Positions 10,886-21,332 of a stretch of 64,000 nt of DNA are shown in pieces; position 1 is the first letter of the stretch, and the number at the start of each line of letters is the position of its first letter. Under the pieces are notes generated by a model, which worked only from the letters and a program-made list of their open reading frames with translations, did not search any database and was not told where the DNA came from. Made by a program: the position numbers and the translations under genes. Source of the stretch: a virus (lineage: Duplodnaviria > Caudoviricetes); the IMG/VR virus record IMGVR_UViG_3300042566_001028, positions 14,281-78,280 of that record. One strand, written 5' to 3'.

Positions 10886-11618
10886 ATTACCAGTTAGTGT
10901 AGGAATATTAGCTTGGAATAGTGGACAAGTGTTGGTAGATACTTTAACAACATATTACGAAAATGGGTTGTTGGATATGGTAAATGATGTTACTATTCTT
11001 TTTCAGGAAGTAACAAAAGAGGATATAGAAATTGCAAATCATTTTGGAATTGATTGTATTGGGTTACAACAAAACATTGGTATAGGTAAGGCATTCAAAC
11101 GATTAACAGAAAATGCACAAACCGATTATGTTTTAATTTTAGAACATGATTGGAACCTCATTGAAAATAGAGAAACTACTTACAAAACACTAAGTCAAAG
11201 TATTTCTGCAATAGAAATGGGATTAGATGTAGTTCGTTTAAGACATAGAAAAGACCCAGGTCATCCACATTTTTCATTTCAGTATAAAGGTAGAGAATTG
11301 ACTTATTACGATGATTGGCATGAAGTTACATCACCACATCTTTTAGATTCGATTCATTGGTGTGAACCGGATATGGAGTTTCCAGAACAAATTGAAAAAA
11401 TAGGAGATATGTTTTATACAACATCTCGTTATGGTAATTGGACAAACAATCCATGTCTTTATAAAAAAGAATTTTACTTAAATGTAATTGAACCATTTAT
11501 GGGTGAGGGTATTGATTTGGAAAGAAAGATTGCATATTGGTGGCCAAGACAAAATTTCAAAGTAGGACACAACGAAGGATTATTCAAACATAACGATTAC
11601 TTAAAATACGGAAAATAA
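10875..11618 (+). CDS. GT-A fold glycosyltransferase
   Basis: NIGIGKA, YVLILEHDW (DxD-like), WTNNP. Confidence 0.7.
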   Translation: MQNKLPVSVGILAWNSGQVLVDTLTTYYENGLLDMVNDVTILFQEVTKEDIEIANHFGIDCIGLQQNIGIGKAFKRLTENAQTDYVLILEHDWNLIENRETTYKTLSQSISAIEMGLDVVRLRHRKDPGHPHFSFQYKGRELTYYDDWHEVTSPHLLDSIHWCEPDMEFPEQIEKIGDMFYTTSRYGNWTNNPCLYKKEFYLNVIEPFMGEGIDLERKIAYWWPRQNFKVGHNEGLFKHNDYLKYGK

Positions 11619-12982
11619 TGACAAAATTAATTATCTTTGACTTGGATGGTGTTCTTGTCGAAGCAAAACAAATCCACTACGATACATTAAATGAAGCACT
11701 GAAAGAAATTGATGAGAAGTATATAATTACTGAAGCTGAACATCTTTCAATTTATGATGGATTAAAGACAACACAAAAGTTGGAATTACTTACAAAGAAT
11801 AAAGGATTACACCCAGAATTTTATGATGATATTTGGTATAGAAAACAACACTTAACCATTGAAGTAATTTCACAACTAGAACCAGATTTACAAAAAATTG
11901 AATTATTTAAGGAATTGAGAAATAATGGATATAAGTTGGCATGTGCTTCAAACTCAATTAGAAGGTCTGTATTAGTAATGTTGGCAAAGATAGGTATAAT
12001 TGAGTATATGGACTTAATCATCTCTAATGAGGATGTAAAGAACTCTAAACCACATCCTGAAATGTATTGGAAGGCAATGAGTATGATGGGATGTTTGCCC
12101 GAAGAAACCCTAATTGTAGAAGATTCTCCACATGGTTTATTGGCAGCAAGTAGAAGTAGAGCAAATGTTTTAAGAGTAGATAGTCCAAAAGATTTGGTAA
12201 TATCAAAAATTATTAGTAAATTAGATGAAACAAAAAATAATATGAGTATTCCAAAATGGCAAGGTGGTAAGATGAATGTTTTAATACCAATGGCAGGAGC
12301 CGGAAGTAGATTCCAACAAGCAGGTTACACATTTCCTAAACCACTAATTGATGTGGAAGGAAAACCAATGATTCAGGTTGTAGTTGATAATCTTAATATA
12401 GAGGCAACTTACATTTATGTAGTTCAAAAAGAACATAGAGCAAAATATAATTTAGATACTTTATTAAACTTAATTACACCTGGTTGTAAAATTGTAGAAG
12501 TAGATGGTATTACCGAAGGTGCAGCATGCACAACTTTATTGGCAAAGGAATATATCGACAACGACCAACCATTGGTTATGGCAAACTCTGACCAATTCGT
12601 AGAATGGGATAGTAATGAGTTTATGTATAAAATGATTGAACAAAAAGTTGATGGTGGTATTTTAACATTTACAGCAACGCATCCTAAATGGTCATTCGCT
12701 AAAGTGGATGAGTATGGATATGTAACGGAAGTAGCAGAAAAGAATCCAATTTCAGATATAGCAACTGTTGGTGTTTACTATTGGGCTAAAGGTTCTGATT
12801 ATGTAAAATACGCAGAACAAATGATTAGTAAGAATATCAGAACTAATAATGAATTTTATACTTGCCCTACTTTCAATGAAGCAATTGCAGATGGTAAGAA
12901 AATAAAAACATTCAACATTGATAAGATGTGGGGGTTGGGCACACCAGAAGATTTAAATTATTATTTAGAAAATAAGAAATGA
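11618..12982 (+). CDS. HAD phosphatase fused to sugar-nucleotidyltransferase
   Basis: FDLDGVL and KPHPE (HAD); LIPMAGAGSRF...PKPLI, EK, LGTPEDL (NTP transferase). Confidence 0.9.
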   Translation: MTKLIIFDLDGVLVEAKQIHYDTLNEALKEIDEKYIITEAEHLSIYDGLKTTQKLELLTKNKGLHPEFYDDIWYRKQHLTIEVISQLEPDLQKIELFKELRNNGYKLACASNSIRRSVLVMLAKIGIIEYMDLIISNEDVKNSKPHPEMYWKAMSMMGCLPEETLIVEDSPHGLLAASRSRANVLRVDSPKDLVISKIISKLDETKNNMSIPKWQGGKMNVLIPMAGAGSRFQQAGYTFPKPLIDVEGKPMIQVVVDNLNIEATYIYVVQKEHRAKYNLDTLLNLITPGCKIVEVDGITEGAACTTLLAKEYIDNDQPLVMANSDQFVEWDSNEFMYKMIEQKVDGGILTFTATHPKWSFAKVDEYGYVTEVAEKNPISDIATVGVYYWAKGSDYVKYAEQMISKNIRTNNEFYTCPTFNEAIADGKKIKTFNIDKMWGLGTPEDLNYYLENKK

Positions 12983-13404
12983 TATTAATATCACATAGAG
13001 GAAACATAGATGGTAGAATGCCTGAATATGAAAACAATCCAAATTATATAGAAGCTGCATTGAACTTAGGTTATGATGTTGAAGTTGATGTATGGTTTGT
13101 TGATGGTAAGTTTATGTTAGGACATGATGAACCATTATACGAAACTGATTATAAGTTTTTGATGAATGAAAAACTATGGTGTCATGCCAAACATCTGGAT
13201 GCATTATTTGAAATGAAAAAATATGCTATTCACTATTTTTGGCACGAAACCGATACTGTAACGCTTACATCTAAAAACTATGTTTGGGCATATCCTGGTA
13301 AACAACCAATAAAAGGTAGTATTGCTGTTATGCCCGAATTAGAAAACGATAATGTATTATTGTGTAGAGGAATTTGTTCAGATTATATAAAACGATATAA
13401 ATGA
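12979..13404 (+). CDS. glycerophosphodiester phosphodiesterase-like protein
   Basis: ISHRGN, EN, DVEVDVW, LGHD, GICSD. Confidence 0.75.
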   Translation: MILISHRGNIDGRMPEYENNPNYIEAALNLGYDVEVDVWFVDGKFMLGHDEPLYETDYKFLMNEKLWCHAKHLDALFEMKKYAIHYFWHETDTVTLTSKNYVWAYPGKQPIKGSIAVMPELENDNVLLCRGICSDYIKRYK

Positions 13405-14030
13405 AAATAGGAATTAATATTGCTGGATTATCACACAACGATTTAGGTAATGGTATTCATACCTATAAAGATGCATATGAAAATTTATTCAAAAATTTAA
13501 TAACTCCACTTAAAAAAAATAATGATATTAGGATTTATCTTCATACATATTATACTACTGAAACGAATAATATTTTAGAAATATATAAACCAGAAAAATA
13601 TACAATTTTAGAATCGACAAATAATAATTCAGCTGAACTTGCAGCAAATACTTACATAGATTCTTTACAAAAATTAAAAGATGAAGATATTGATTTTATT
13701 ATAACAACTAGATTTGATTTAGATATTCGTTGTAATATTGGTATTGATTTTAAAAAGTTTAATTTTTTATTTAAAGAATTAAATCATTGGAATGAAACAC
13801 ATTTAACAACAGATACATTTTATGCTTTTCCAAAAGATATGTTAGATGATGTGATTATTTCTTTAAAAGAAACTTGGTTTGGTAAAAATACACACTTTTG
13901 TCCTGGATTGTTTCATTGTCTTTATAAGTTCTTATTAAAAAGAATAGATAAATCAAATATACATTTTATAGATAACGAAGAATCAACAATACAAATTTCA
14001 AATAAATTTAGACTAGGAAAATTTAAATAA
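13401..14030 (+). CDS. hypothetical glycan-biosynthesis protein
   Basis: YLHTY, IITTRFDL motif; cluster context. Confidence 0.5.
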   Translation: MKIGINIAGLSHNDLGNGIHTYKDAYENLFKNLITPLKKNNDIRIYLHTYYTTETNNILEIYKPEKYTILESTNNNSAELAANTYIDSLQKLKDEDIDFIITTRFDLDIRCNIGIDFKKFNFLFKELNHWNETHLTTDTFYAFPKDMLDDVIISLKETWFGKNTHFCPGLFHCLYKFLLKRIDKSNIHFIDNEESTIQISNKFRLGKFK

Positions 14031-14035
14031 AAAAT

Positions 14036-14698
14036 ATGATAGATAACACACAAGACAGATTAATTATTGAACAAGAAAATTCAATGGTAAAAAGATATGA
14101 TTTAGTAAATTATATTATAAATAAATATGAGTTTAAAGACTACTTAGAAATAGGTGTAGCATTTGGCCATTGTATTAGAAAAATAGAAGCACCAAATAAA
14201 GATGGAGTTGACCCCGTAGTTGAAGAAAATGTTAGTTGTCCAGAAATAAATTACAAAATGGGTTCTAATGAATTTTTTGCATTACCAGAAATAACTAATA
14301 AAAAATATGATGTTATTTTTATAGATGGATTACATCATTCCGAACAAGTTGATATTGATATTAAAAATGCGTTAGAACATTTAAACCATGGTGGTTTTGT
14401 ATTTATACACGATTGCAATCCACCTTCATATGAATCACAATTAGTACCCAGAGTTGCAGCTGCTTGGAATGGTGATGTTTGGAAATCTATTGTAAAATTA
14501 AGACATTTGGATATTGATTTGGATATATCAGTAGTTAATACCGATTATGGTGTTGGTATTATTACACATGGAAAAAATTCCCCAATCGATAAATTTACAT
14601 TAGAAGAATCATTGCAATGGGATGTATTTTCAAGTGATAGAAAATATTTTTTAAACCTATTGGAAATTGATGAATTTTTTGATAAATATTCTTACTAA
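14036..14698 (+). CDS. class I SAM methyltransferase (Methyltransf_24-like)
   Basis: YLEIGV, GVDP, YDVIFIDGLH, GGFVFIHD. Confidence 0.88.
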   Translation: MIDNTQDRLIIEQENSMVKRYDLVNYIINKYEFKDYLEIGVAFGHCIRKIEAPNKDGVDPVVEENVSCPEINYKMGSNEFFALPEITNKKYDVIFIDGLHHSEQVDIDIKNALEHLNHGGFVFIHDCNPPSYESQLVPRVAAAWNGDVWKSIVKLRHLDIDLDISVVNTDYGVGIITHGKNSPIDKFTLEESLQWDVFSSDRKYFLNLLEIDEFFDKYSY

Positions 14699-14706
14699 AA
14701 TCTGTT

Positions 14707-15498
14707 ATGAATAAATTATTAAATGCATATCTTTGGGGTTATAAAAATTGGGAAGCAGCTGATAATTCCTTTCGAAAATTCAGAGAGTTCTATCCTGATG
14801 GGGATATTTATGTTAGTGTCGATGATAATGGTGATTTTGAAAATTATACAAAAATAGCTGAAAAATATAATGCAGAATGTTATAAAAATCCATTTCAAAT
14901 AGGATATCCTGGTAATTTTCAAAATCATAAAAGTAATAGAGAATGTTGGCCAAAAGATAACGCATTACTTTGGTGTGATAACATATATTGGGCGTGTAAA
15001 AAATCTGATTCTAAATTTATGATTCTTTTAGAAGAAGATAGTTTTATTATTAAACCAATTAGTATCACAAAAGAAAATGAATTTGGAATAGCAGTTTTAG
15101 AATATAATGCAAATATAATAACTGAAAATATATTGTATATAATTCAACAAGTAGGTGGTAATACCGATGTTCCATTAAATATATTTGGTAACAAAGGATA
15201 TGGTGCTAGTGGTGGATGTATTATAGATTGTCAAAAATGGATTATTAGTTGGGAAAAATTCAGACACATATTAGAATTAAATTATGATTCAATTGCATCG
15301 TATGATAAATTAATTGGTTGGCCAGATTCATTAGGTCAATTTGTTATTATGGCCGGTGGATTTGATGTTGTTCAGAATAAACAAATGGTACAAGCTTGGT
15401 ATCACGAACGACCAGATTTATATCCAAATTATACTAATTGGAAAGACTATGAAATAGTTGATTATTTAAAAGATATAGAAGAAATTAAAAAGTTATAA
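14707..15498 (+). CDS. putative GT-A glycosyltransferase
   Basis: SVDDNG, ILLEEDS; cluster context. Confidence 0.55.
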   Translation: MNKLLNAYLWGYKNWEAADNSFRKFREFYPDGDIYVSVDDNGDFENYTKIAEKYNAECYKNPFQIGYPGNFQNHKSNRECWPKDNALLWCDNIYWACKKSDSKFMILLEEDSFIIKPISITKENEFGIAVLEYNANIITENILYIIQQVGGNTDVPLNIFGNKGYGASGGCIIDCQKWIISWEKFRHILELNYDSIASYDKLIGWPDSLGQFVIMAGGFDVVQNKQMVQAWYHERPDLYPNYTNWKDYEIVDYLKDIEEIKKL

Positions 15499-16253
15499 TG
15501 AAAGATTTGGTTATATCGGCAATAGCAAACTATGTGCCAGAAAAAATTAAAATATATGTAGAATCACTAAACGATTGTGGATTTAGTGGTGATAAAATAA
15601 TGATATGTTATAACATACCAGATGAAACGATAGAATATCTTTCAACAAAAGGTTGGGAATGTTATGGTGCAGAGTTGCAAGGACACCCTCATATGAAACG
15701 ATTGGTTGATATGTGGTGGTTTTTACAAAATGATGAAAGAGAGTGGAATCATATAATTACAACGGATGTTAGAGATATAGTATGGCAAACAAATCCATCC
15801 GATTGGTTGCAACAAAATCTTAAAACCGAAATACTATGTGCTTCCGAATGTGTTACATATGAAAATGAAGCATGGGGTTATAAAAATATACATGAAGGAT
15901 ATGGCCCGATGTTTTGGGATTGGATTAAACCTAATACGATTGGTAATGTTGGAGTGATTGCAGGAAAATATAAATCAGTTAAAGACCTATTAATGTTAAA
16001 TTGGCTAGTATCACAATCGGGAGATACAAGACATTTTACAGACCAAAGTTCATTTAATCTCATTATACACAATGAACTCATCAGAAACAAAATATCAATT
16101 AATTCGGATTTTGCATTACAAATTGGAACTAATACAAATGATTTGAAAATAGAAAATGATGTAATAATGAATGGAGAAACTCCATATGTTTTGGTTCATC
16201 AATACGATAGAGACCCGACTATTAAAGAAAAAATAAAACAATTATATAAATGA
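15498..16253 (+). CDS. putative glycosyltransferase
   Basis: TDVRDIVWQTNP, DQSSFN, VHQYDR. Confidence 0.7.
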   Translation: MKDLVISAIANYVPEKIKIYVESLNDCGFSGDKIMICYNIPDETIEYLSTKGWECYGAELQGHPHMKRLVDMWWFLQNDEREWNHIITTDVRDIVWQTNPSDWLQQNLKTEILCASECVTYENEAWGYKNIHEGYGPMFWDWIKPNTIGNVGVIAGKYKSVKDLLMLNWLVSQSGDTRHFTDQSSFNLIIHNELIRNKISINSDFALQIGTNTNDLKIENDVIMNGETPYVLVHQYDRDPTIKEKIKQLYK

Positions 16254-17140
16254 AAATAGTTTTTACAACATTCATATTACCAAATGAAATTGATGATTTG
16301 GAAAGAATATTGATTTCATTAAAGAGAGCATCTAAATTTATAGATGGTAATGATTATCAATTTTGTATATCTTTAGGAATATCCGATTATTTAACTGATT
16401 GGAATAGTTCTAAATTAGATAAACAATTTATTATTGATAAATTTGAATCTTTAAAATTATTAACTGATTGGGCAAATAATTCTATATTCCAAATGAGAGA
16501 AGATATATTAGGATGTGTATCATCTAGAAGAACTGCACATTTGGAAATAAGCGATGCCACTCATTTTGTTTGGTTAGATAGTGATATTATATTTGATGAG
16601 CAGATATTATTTTATTTACAAAATGCAATAGTTGGTATAGAAGAAGAAGGTATAAAAAATTATATATTAACACCTGAAATTGTAAAAATATGGGATAATA
16701 CTTGGGATTGTTTAGTTAATGAAAATTATTTAGATAAACCAATTAATTATCATAAAACAAACGACCCGTATATGGAATGTGGGGTATATGGTGATATTTC
16801 TATAAAATTAGTAAATAATAATGTTATGGGCCAACCCGCATCTAAATTTGCAGGTGGTTGGTTTACTTGTATATCTAAAAATCTATTGGATTTAACAGGA
16901 ATTCCAGAATCATTTGGCCATTATGGTATAGAAGATACTTTCATAATGTGGGCAATTGATAAACTTAGAAATGTTGGTAATGAAATTTACCAATTTAAAT
17001 TGAACAACTATGTAGTATGTGAAGATTATTCATATAGAAATAGAAATTACTACAATAATTCAATTAAATCTATAAGTAGAAAAGATGAATTTAGAAAAAT
17101 TGCAGAAAGTAATTTTAATAATGAATTGAATAAACTTTAA
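16250..17140 (+). CDS. putative GT-A glycosyltransferase
   Basis: WLDSDIIF DxD motif, YGIEDTF. Confidence 0.65.
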   Translation: MKIVFTTFILPNEIDDLERILISLKRASKFIDGNDYQFCISLGISDYLTDWNSSKLDKQFIIDKFESLKLLTDWANNSIFQMREDILGCVSSRRTAHLEISDATHFVWLDSDIIFDEQILFYLQNAIVGIEEEGIKNYILTPEIVKIWDNTWDCLVNENYLDKPINYHKTNDPYMECGVYGDISIKLVNNNVMGQPASKFAGGWFTCISKNLLDLTGIPESFGHYGIEDTFIMWAIDKLRNVGNEIYQFKLNNYVVCEDYSYRNRNYYNNSIKSISRKDEFRKIAESNFNNELNKL

Positions 17141-17185
17141 TATTAAAAATATATATTTATATCAGTATATACAACCAATTTAAAT

Positions 17186-17575
17186 ATGAAATTCGAAGTA
17201 ACTCATCCAAAAGTTTGGAAAGCAGTATGTGAAAAGGCTATTCCAATGAAGCATAAAATCCAAATCTATGAAAAACTAGGTGGAGCATATCGTTTAGGTG
17301 AAGATGGTGGCGAACAAGTATTCAATAAAATGACAGATTTATTGAAACATCAAATTAATGAAGGACCTGAATCTCCAGACCACGAAGTATCAATGGCGGC
17401 CGGCCAATTGGATGATATTATTCGTAACGCAACCGAACTTAAAGGTAAAGTTGGTGAAAAAGAAATGAACTTACCAGGATGGATACAAGACCATATCTCT
17501 CAAGCACAAAATTTTATAAATCAAGCAAATACAAGCTTCCATAAATTAGAAGGAGGTGATGATGCAAATGGATAA
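17186..17575 (+). CDS. hypothetical protein, possibly virion-associated
   Basis: DHEVSMA...LPGWIQDHI; preceded by ATATTTATA motif. Confidence 0.65.
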   Translation: MKFEVTHPKVWKAVCEKAIPMKHKIQIYEKLGGAYRLGEDGGEQVFNKMTDLLKHQINEGPESPDHEVSMAAGQLDDIIRNATELKGKVGEKEMNLPGWIQDHISQAQNFINQANTSFHKLEGGDDANG

Positions 17576-17882
17576 TTTATATACAGTTATCATATCAATC
17601 GTAACCGTATTAGGTTCAGCAGGAGCTTTTCGTTATTATGAAAAGAGGCAAATGCATAAAGAAAGAGATGAAGATTTTATCAGACATGATTGCAAAGACC
17701 GTATCTCTAAATTAGAAGGATTGTTAGAAGCTGCGTCAAGAGAAAAAGATGACCTACGTTCAATGGTATTGGCACTTACAAAAGAAGTTGCTGCATTGAG
17801 TGTTAAAGTTGAATTTCTTACAAAAGAAAATGATAAATTGGAGAAGGCATTACCAAAAGCAAAGAAACAATTAAATGGGTAA
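17568..17882 (+). CDS. membrane-anchored coiled-coil protein
   Basis: N-terminal TM helix followed by heptad repeats. Confidence 0.6.
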   Translation: MDNLYTVIISIVTVLGSAGAFRYYEKRQMHKERDEDFIRHDCKDRISKLEGLLEAASREKDDLRSMVLALTKEVAALSVKVEFLTKENDKLEKALPKAKKQLNG

Positions 17883-18717
17883 AAGCGGATTCATAGAAGG
17901 GATGTGGAATGGTTTAAAAGTAGAATTTGGAAAAGTATATTCCAATCTAAATGCATTTGCGTTTAATCCTATAAATGAAGCTGAAACCAAAAAATTAAGA
18001 ATATTTGATTTTGACGATACAATAGTTAAAACAAAATCTCACATATACATTACACATGGTGACGGAAAAAAATCAAAATTAACTCCTGGTGAATATGCAA
18101 TATATGAACCAAAAGACGGAGACAACTATGATTTTTCAGATTTTGAACAAGTTAAGCAACCGCAAGAAATTAAAGGTGTTACTAAATTATTAAAAACAGT
18201 AGCAAGAGCAGAGGGTGAAAGAAAGGTTGTAATATTAACCGCAAGAGCTGCATACAAACCTGTTAAGGATTATTTACAAGATATTGGATTGGAAGGAATA
18301 TATGTGGTTGCATTGGCATCTAATAACCCACAAGACAAAGCAGATTGGATTGAAGATAAAATTAAAGCAGGATATAACGATGTATTTTTTATAGACGATT
18401 CTCATAAAAACATTACCGCAGTAAACAAACTTAAAGAAAAATATCCTAATATCAAAATGAAGGTTAGTCATGTGAAACACGATATACCTGCACCACCAAA
18501 ACAATCTGATATGAAATCCCAAAAAGATAAGGAAGCAACAAAGCCAGTTGAACCTAAAAAAAACGACATGAGTTTAAAATCATTGTTACCAAAAGATTTG
18601 GATAAAAAAATTAAAAACCCAGAAACGGGTAAAATGATTAAAATTAAATCAGCATTACAATACGACAAATCATCAAAAGCACATAAAGCAGCTGAGTTCG
18701 CATTAAAAAAGAAATAA
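17875..18717 (+). CDS. HAD-superfamily phosphatase with Lys-rich tail
   Basis: FDFDDT, ILTAR, FIDDS. Confidence 0.75.
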   Translation: MGKSGFIEGMWNGLKVEFGKVYSNLNAFAFNPINEAETKKLRIFDFDDTIVKTKSHIYITHGDGKKSKLTPGEYAIYEPKDGDNYDFSDFEQVKQPQEIKGVTKLLKTVARAEGERKVVILTARAAYKPVKDYLQDIGLEGIYVVALASNNPQDKADWIEDKIKAGYNDVFFIDDSHKNITAVNKLKEKYPNIKMKVSHVKHDIPAPPKQSDMKSQKDKEATKPVEPKKNDMSLKSLLPKDLDKKIKNPETGKMIKIKSALQYDKSSKAHKAAEFALKKK

Positions 18718-18720
18718 GTT

Positions 18721-19167
18721 ATGATATACCTTTTAACGGGTCAGCCTGGAAGTGGTAAAACTACTTTGGGCAAGAAGTTACAAATATGGTTACAAACTGA
18801 TAAGAAAAATTGGAGAAAATCCGTATTTCATATTGACGGAGACCAATTAAGAGAATTATTCCCAAATACAGACTATTCCAAAGAAGGAAGATATAAGAAC
18901 ATTAACAAAGCATTTGATATAGCAAAGTTTTTAGATGCATCGGGGAACGATGTCGTAATATCATTAGTTAGTCCTTATAAAGAATTAAGAGATGAATTTA
19001 AGTCTCAATGCAAGATACAAGAGATATATTGTCATACAAAAAAAATTAGAGGTAGAGAAGATAAGTTTGCATTAGATTACGAACCACCTACCGAATTTTA
19101 TATAGATTTAGATACATCGGACACCATCGATAATACATTTAATAAGTTGATAAAAATATTAATTTGA
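18721..19167 (+). CDS. cysC: adenylylsulfate (APS) kinase
   Basis: LTGQPGSGKTT, IDGDQLR, YSKEGR, SLVSPY, YEPP. Confidence 0.85.
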   Translation: MIYLLTGQPGSGKTTLGKKLQIWLQTDKKNWRKSVFHIDGDQLRELFPNTDYSKEGRYKNINKAFDIAKFLDASGNDVVISLVSPYKELRDEFKSQCKIQEIYCHTKKIRGREDKFALDYEPPTEFYIDLDTSDTIDNTFNKLIKILI

Positions 19168-19200
19168 TATACTTATAATTACAATTAAATAGTTATTAGT

Positions 19201-19812
19201 ATGGAAAATGAAGAAATTCAACAAGAGGAAGGATTTTTCCCAAACATAGAAAGTAGTAAAACAACAAAAAGAGGATTGGGTGCCAGACCATTATTAGAAT
19301 CCCAAATTAAAGCAGCACAAGAAAAATGCAAGTCTGCGTTCGAAGCAGCAAGATTATTGGGTGTATCATATAACACTTATAAGAAATATGCAAAACTTTA
19401 TGGTATTTTTGAAGACTTGAAAAATCCGTATGGTATTGGAATTGAAAAGGCCAAAAAAATAAAAAACAAAAAATATCACATTGACGATATAATTGATGGT
19501 AAACACATGCACTACCCATTACATAAGTTTAAGAATAAATTATTTTTAAGTGGATATATTCCAAAAATTTGTAGTAGTTGTGGGTTTAGCGAAGAAAGAA
19601 TTACGGATGGTAAAATGCCATTACTTATAGATTTTTTAGATGGTAATTTGAATAACCGTAAATTAGATAACATCAGAGCCCTTTGTTACAACTGTTTCTT
19701 TTTATTAGTAGGAGAAAGAAATGTGAAAAATTGGTATGCAGAAAATGGTGGACAAATCACAGAAGCTGAAGAAAACTTATTAAACAATCAAAACATAGAA
19801 ACAAATGAGTAA
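19201..19812 (+). CDS. HTH plus HNH-like zinc-finger protein (catalytic His apparently lost)
   Basis: AARLLGVSYNTY HTH; CSSC...IDFLDGNLNN..NIRALCYNCF. Confidence 0.7.
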   Translation: MENEEIQQEEGFFPNIESSKTTKRGLGARPLLESQIKAAQEKCKSAFEAARLLGVSYNTYKKYAKLYGIFEDLKNPYGIGIEKAKKIKNKKYHIDDIIDGKHMHYPLHKFKNKLFLSGYIPKICSSCGFSEERITDGKMPLLIDFLDGNLNNRKLDNIRALCYNCFFLLVGERNVKNWYAENGGQITEAEENLLNNQNIETNE

Positions 19813-20212
19813 GGAACGAAAATATCTCCCTACATTGGCAGAATTAATTGATAGATTGAGTATTTCACAATTAAAAGAAGTATTCATTACGGAACACAAA
19901 GAAGAATATGCACAAGAAATTGCAGACATAGTAAATGATATTCAAATTTGTATTGAAACAGGAACTGAACCTGTTACCGCTGAAACCATTAGAGCAATTG
20001 TTGTTTTATCCCAAATGAATTTACATATTTGGCATAATGAAAGTGCAGTTCGTAAAGGAACGGCTGGCCCTGCTAATTTAGCATTGACACATGGTTTGAA
20101 TGGTATTAGAAATACTGCAAAGAATAAAATACAAGAAGTAGTGGGTGGTAGAAAGGATTATAAGATTGATTGTTTAGCGTCTGAATTTAAAGATTGGGAA
20201 ATTAGTTGGTAA
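19805..20212 (+). CDS. hypothetical protein
   Basis: ELIDRLSI...NLHIWHNE helical pattern. Confidence 0.65.
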   Translation: MSKERKYLPTLAELIDRLSISQLKEVFITEHKEEYAQEIADIVNDIQICIETGTEPVTAETIRAIVVLSQMNLHIWHNESAVRKGTAGPANLALTHGLNGIRNTAKNKIQEVVGGRKDYKIDCLASEFKDWEISW

Positions 20213-20236
20213 TTTCAAATATTTGTTGTATATTTA
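20205..20236 (+). promoter_or_regulatory. promoter upstream of iscU
   Basis: GTTGGTAAT...GTATATTTA, same spacing as the other copies. Confidence 0.5.
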
Positions 20237-20258
20237 TGTATGACCAAAATCATATATT

Positions 20259-20669
20259 ATGGCTTATAGCGAAAAAGTAATTGACCATTATCAAAATCCC
20301 AAAAATGTAGGAACTTTGGACAAATCAAAATCCAATGTAGGAACAGGTTTAGTGGGTGCACCGGAATGTGGTGATGTAATGAGACTACAAATAGAAGTAA
20401 ACGACAATATCATAACCGATGCAAAGTTTAAAACATTTGGTTGTGGGAGTGCTATCGCAGCATCTTCATTGGCAACGGAGTGGTTGAAAGGTATGACATT
20501 AGAAGAAGCAGTTAAAATGGATAATATGGAGTTAGTAGAGGAATTAAATTTACCTCCAGTTAAAATTCACTGTTCAGTATTAGCAGAAGATGCTATCAAA
20601 TCTGCGATAAATGATTATAGACAAAAACAAGGATTAGAACAATTGGTGTTTGAAGAATCACATATATAA
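20259..20669 (+). CDS. iscU: Fe-S cluster scaffold IscU
   Basis: GAPECGDVM, FKTFGCGSAIA, LPPVKIHCS. Confidence 0.97.
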   Translation: MAYSEKVIDHYQNPKNVGTLDKSKSNVGTGLVGAPECGDVMRLQIEVNDNIITDAKFKTFGCGSAIAASSLATEWLKGMTLEEAVKMDNMELVEELNLPPVKIHCSVLAEDAIKSAINDYRQKQGLEQLVFEESHI

Positions 20670-20679
20670 AAAATAAAGT

Positions 20680-20988
20680 ATGAGTTATATTATTGGAAAG
20701 AGTTGTGTTGATTGTATGGATACTGCATGTGCAAGTGTGTGTCCGGTAGATTGTATTCATGGCCCGATTGATATAGATGGTTCGGGTGGTGAAATTGAAA
20801 GAGATGGTAGAGAGGCATTTCCAGGTGGGCAAATGTATATCAATCCCGATACTTGTATAAATTGTGGAGCATGTGTTCCAGAATGTCCTGTTTCTGCAAT
20901 TTATGAAGATGAGGATTTAGCAATTAAAGCCGGTGATGAAGTATCGGTGCATAAGAATTACGAATTTTTCGGACTAAAATACGCATAA
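20680..20988 (+). CDS. dicluster (4Fe-4S / 7Fe-type) ferredoxin
   Basis: CVDCMDTACASVCPVDCI and CINCGACVPECP. Confidence 0.93.
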   Translation: MSYIIGKSCVDCMDTACASVCPVDCIHGPIDIDGSGGEIERDGREAFPGGQMYINPDTCINCGACVPECPVSAIYEDEDLAIKAGDEVSVHKNYEFFGLKYA

Positions 20989-21311
20989 TGGTAACAGTAT
21001 CAGAAGGTGCAGCAAAAAAATTAAACTCACTCATCGAAGAAAGTGGGTTCAAAACTCCATTTGTTAGAGTGGCGGTTAAAGGTGGTGGGTGTAGTGGATT
21101 GTCATACGACCTTTCATTTGATACCGACCAACAAACAGGAGATACTCTTGCAGAAAATAATGGAGTAAAAATCTTAATAGACAACAAATCGTTACTATAT
21201 CTTTTCGGAACTGAATTGGATTTTTCAGACGGACTTAATGGTAAGGGATTCCAATTTATAAATCCCAATGCATCCCGAACCTGTGGATGTGGTGAAAGTT
21301 TTGCACTATAA
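20988..21311 (+). CDS. iscA: A-type Fe-S carrier IscA/HesB
   Basis: GGGCSGLSY, NPNASRTCGCGESF. Confidence 0.96.
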   Translation: MVTVSEGAAKKLNSLIEESGFKTPFVRVAVKGGGCSGLSYDLSFDTDQQTGDTLAENNGVKILIDNKSLLYLFGTELDFSDGLNGKGFQFINPNASRTCGCGESFAL

Positions 21312-21332
21312 TGTGGATAAAATTAATAAGTT

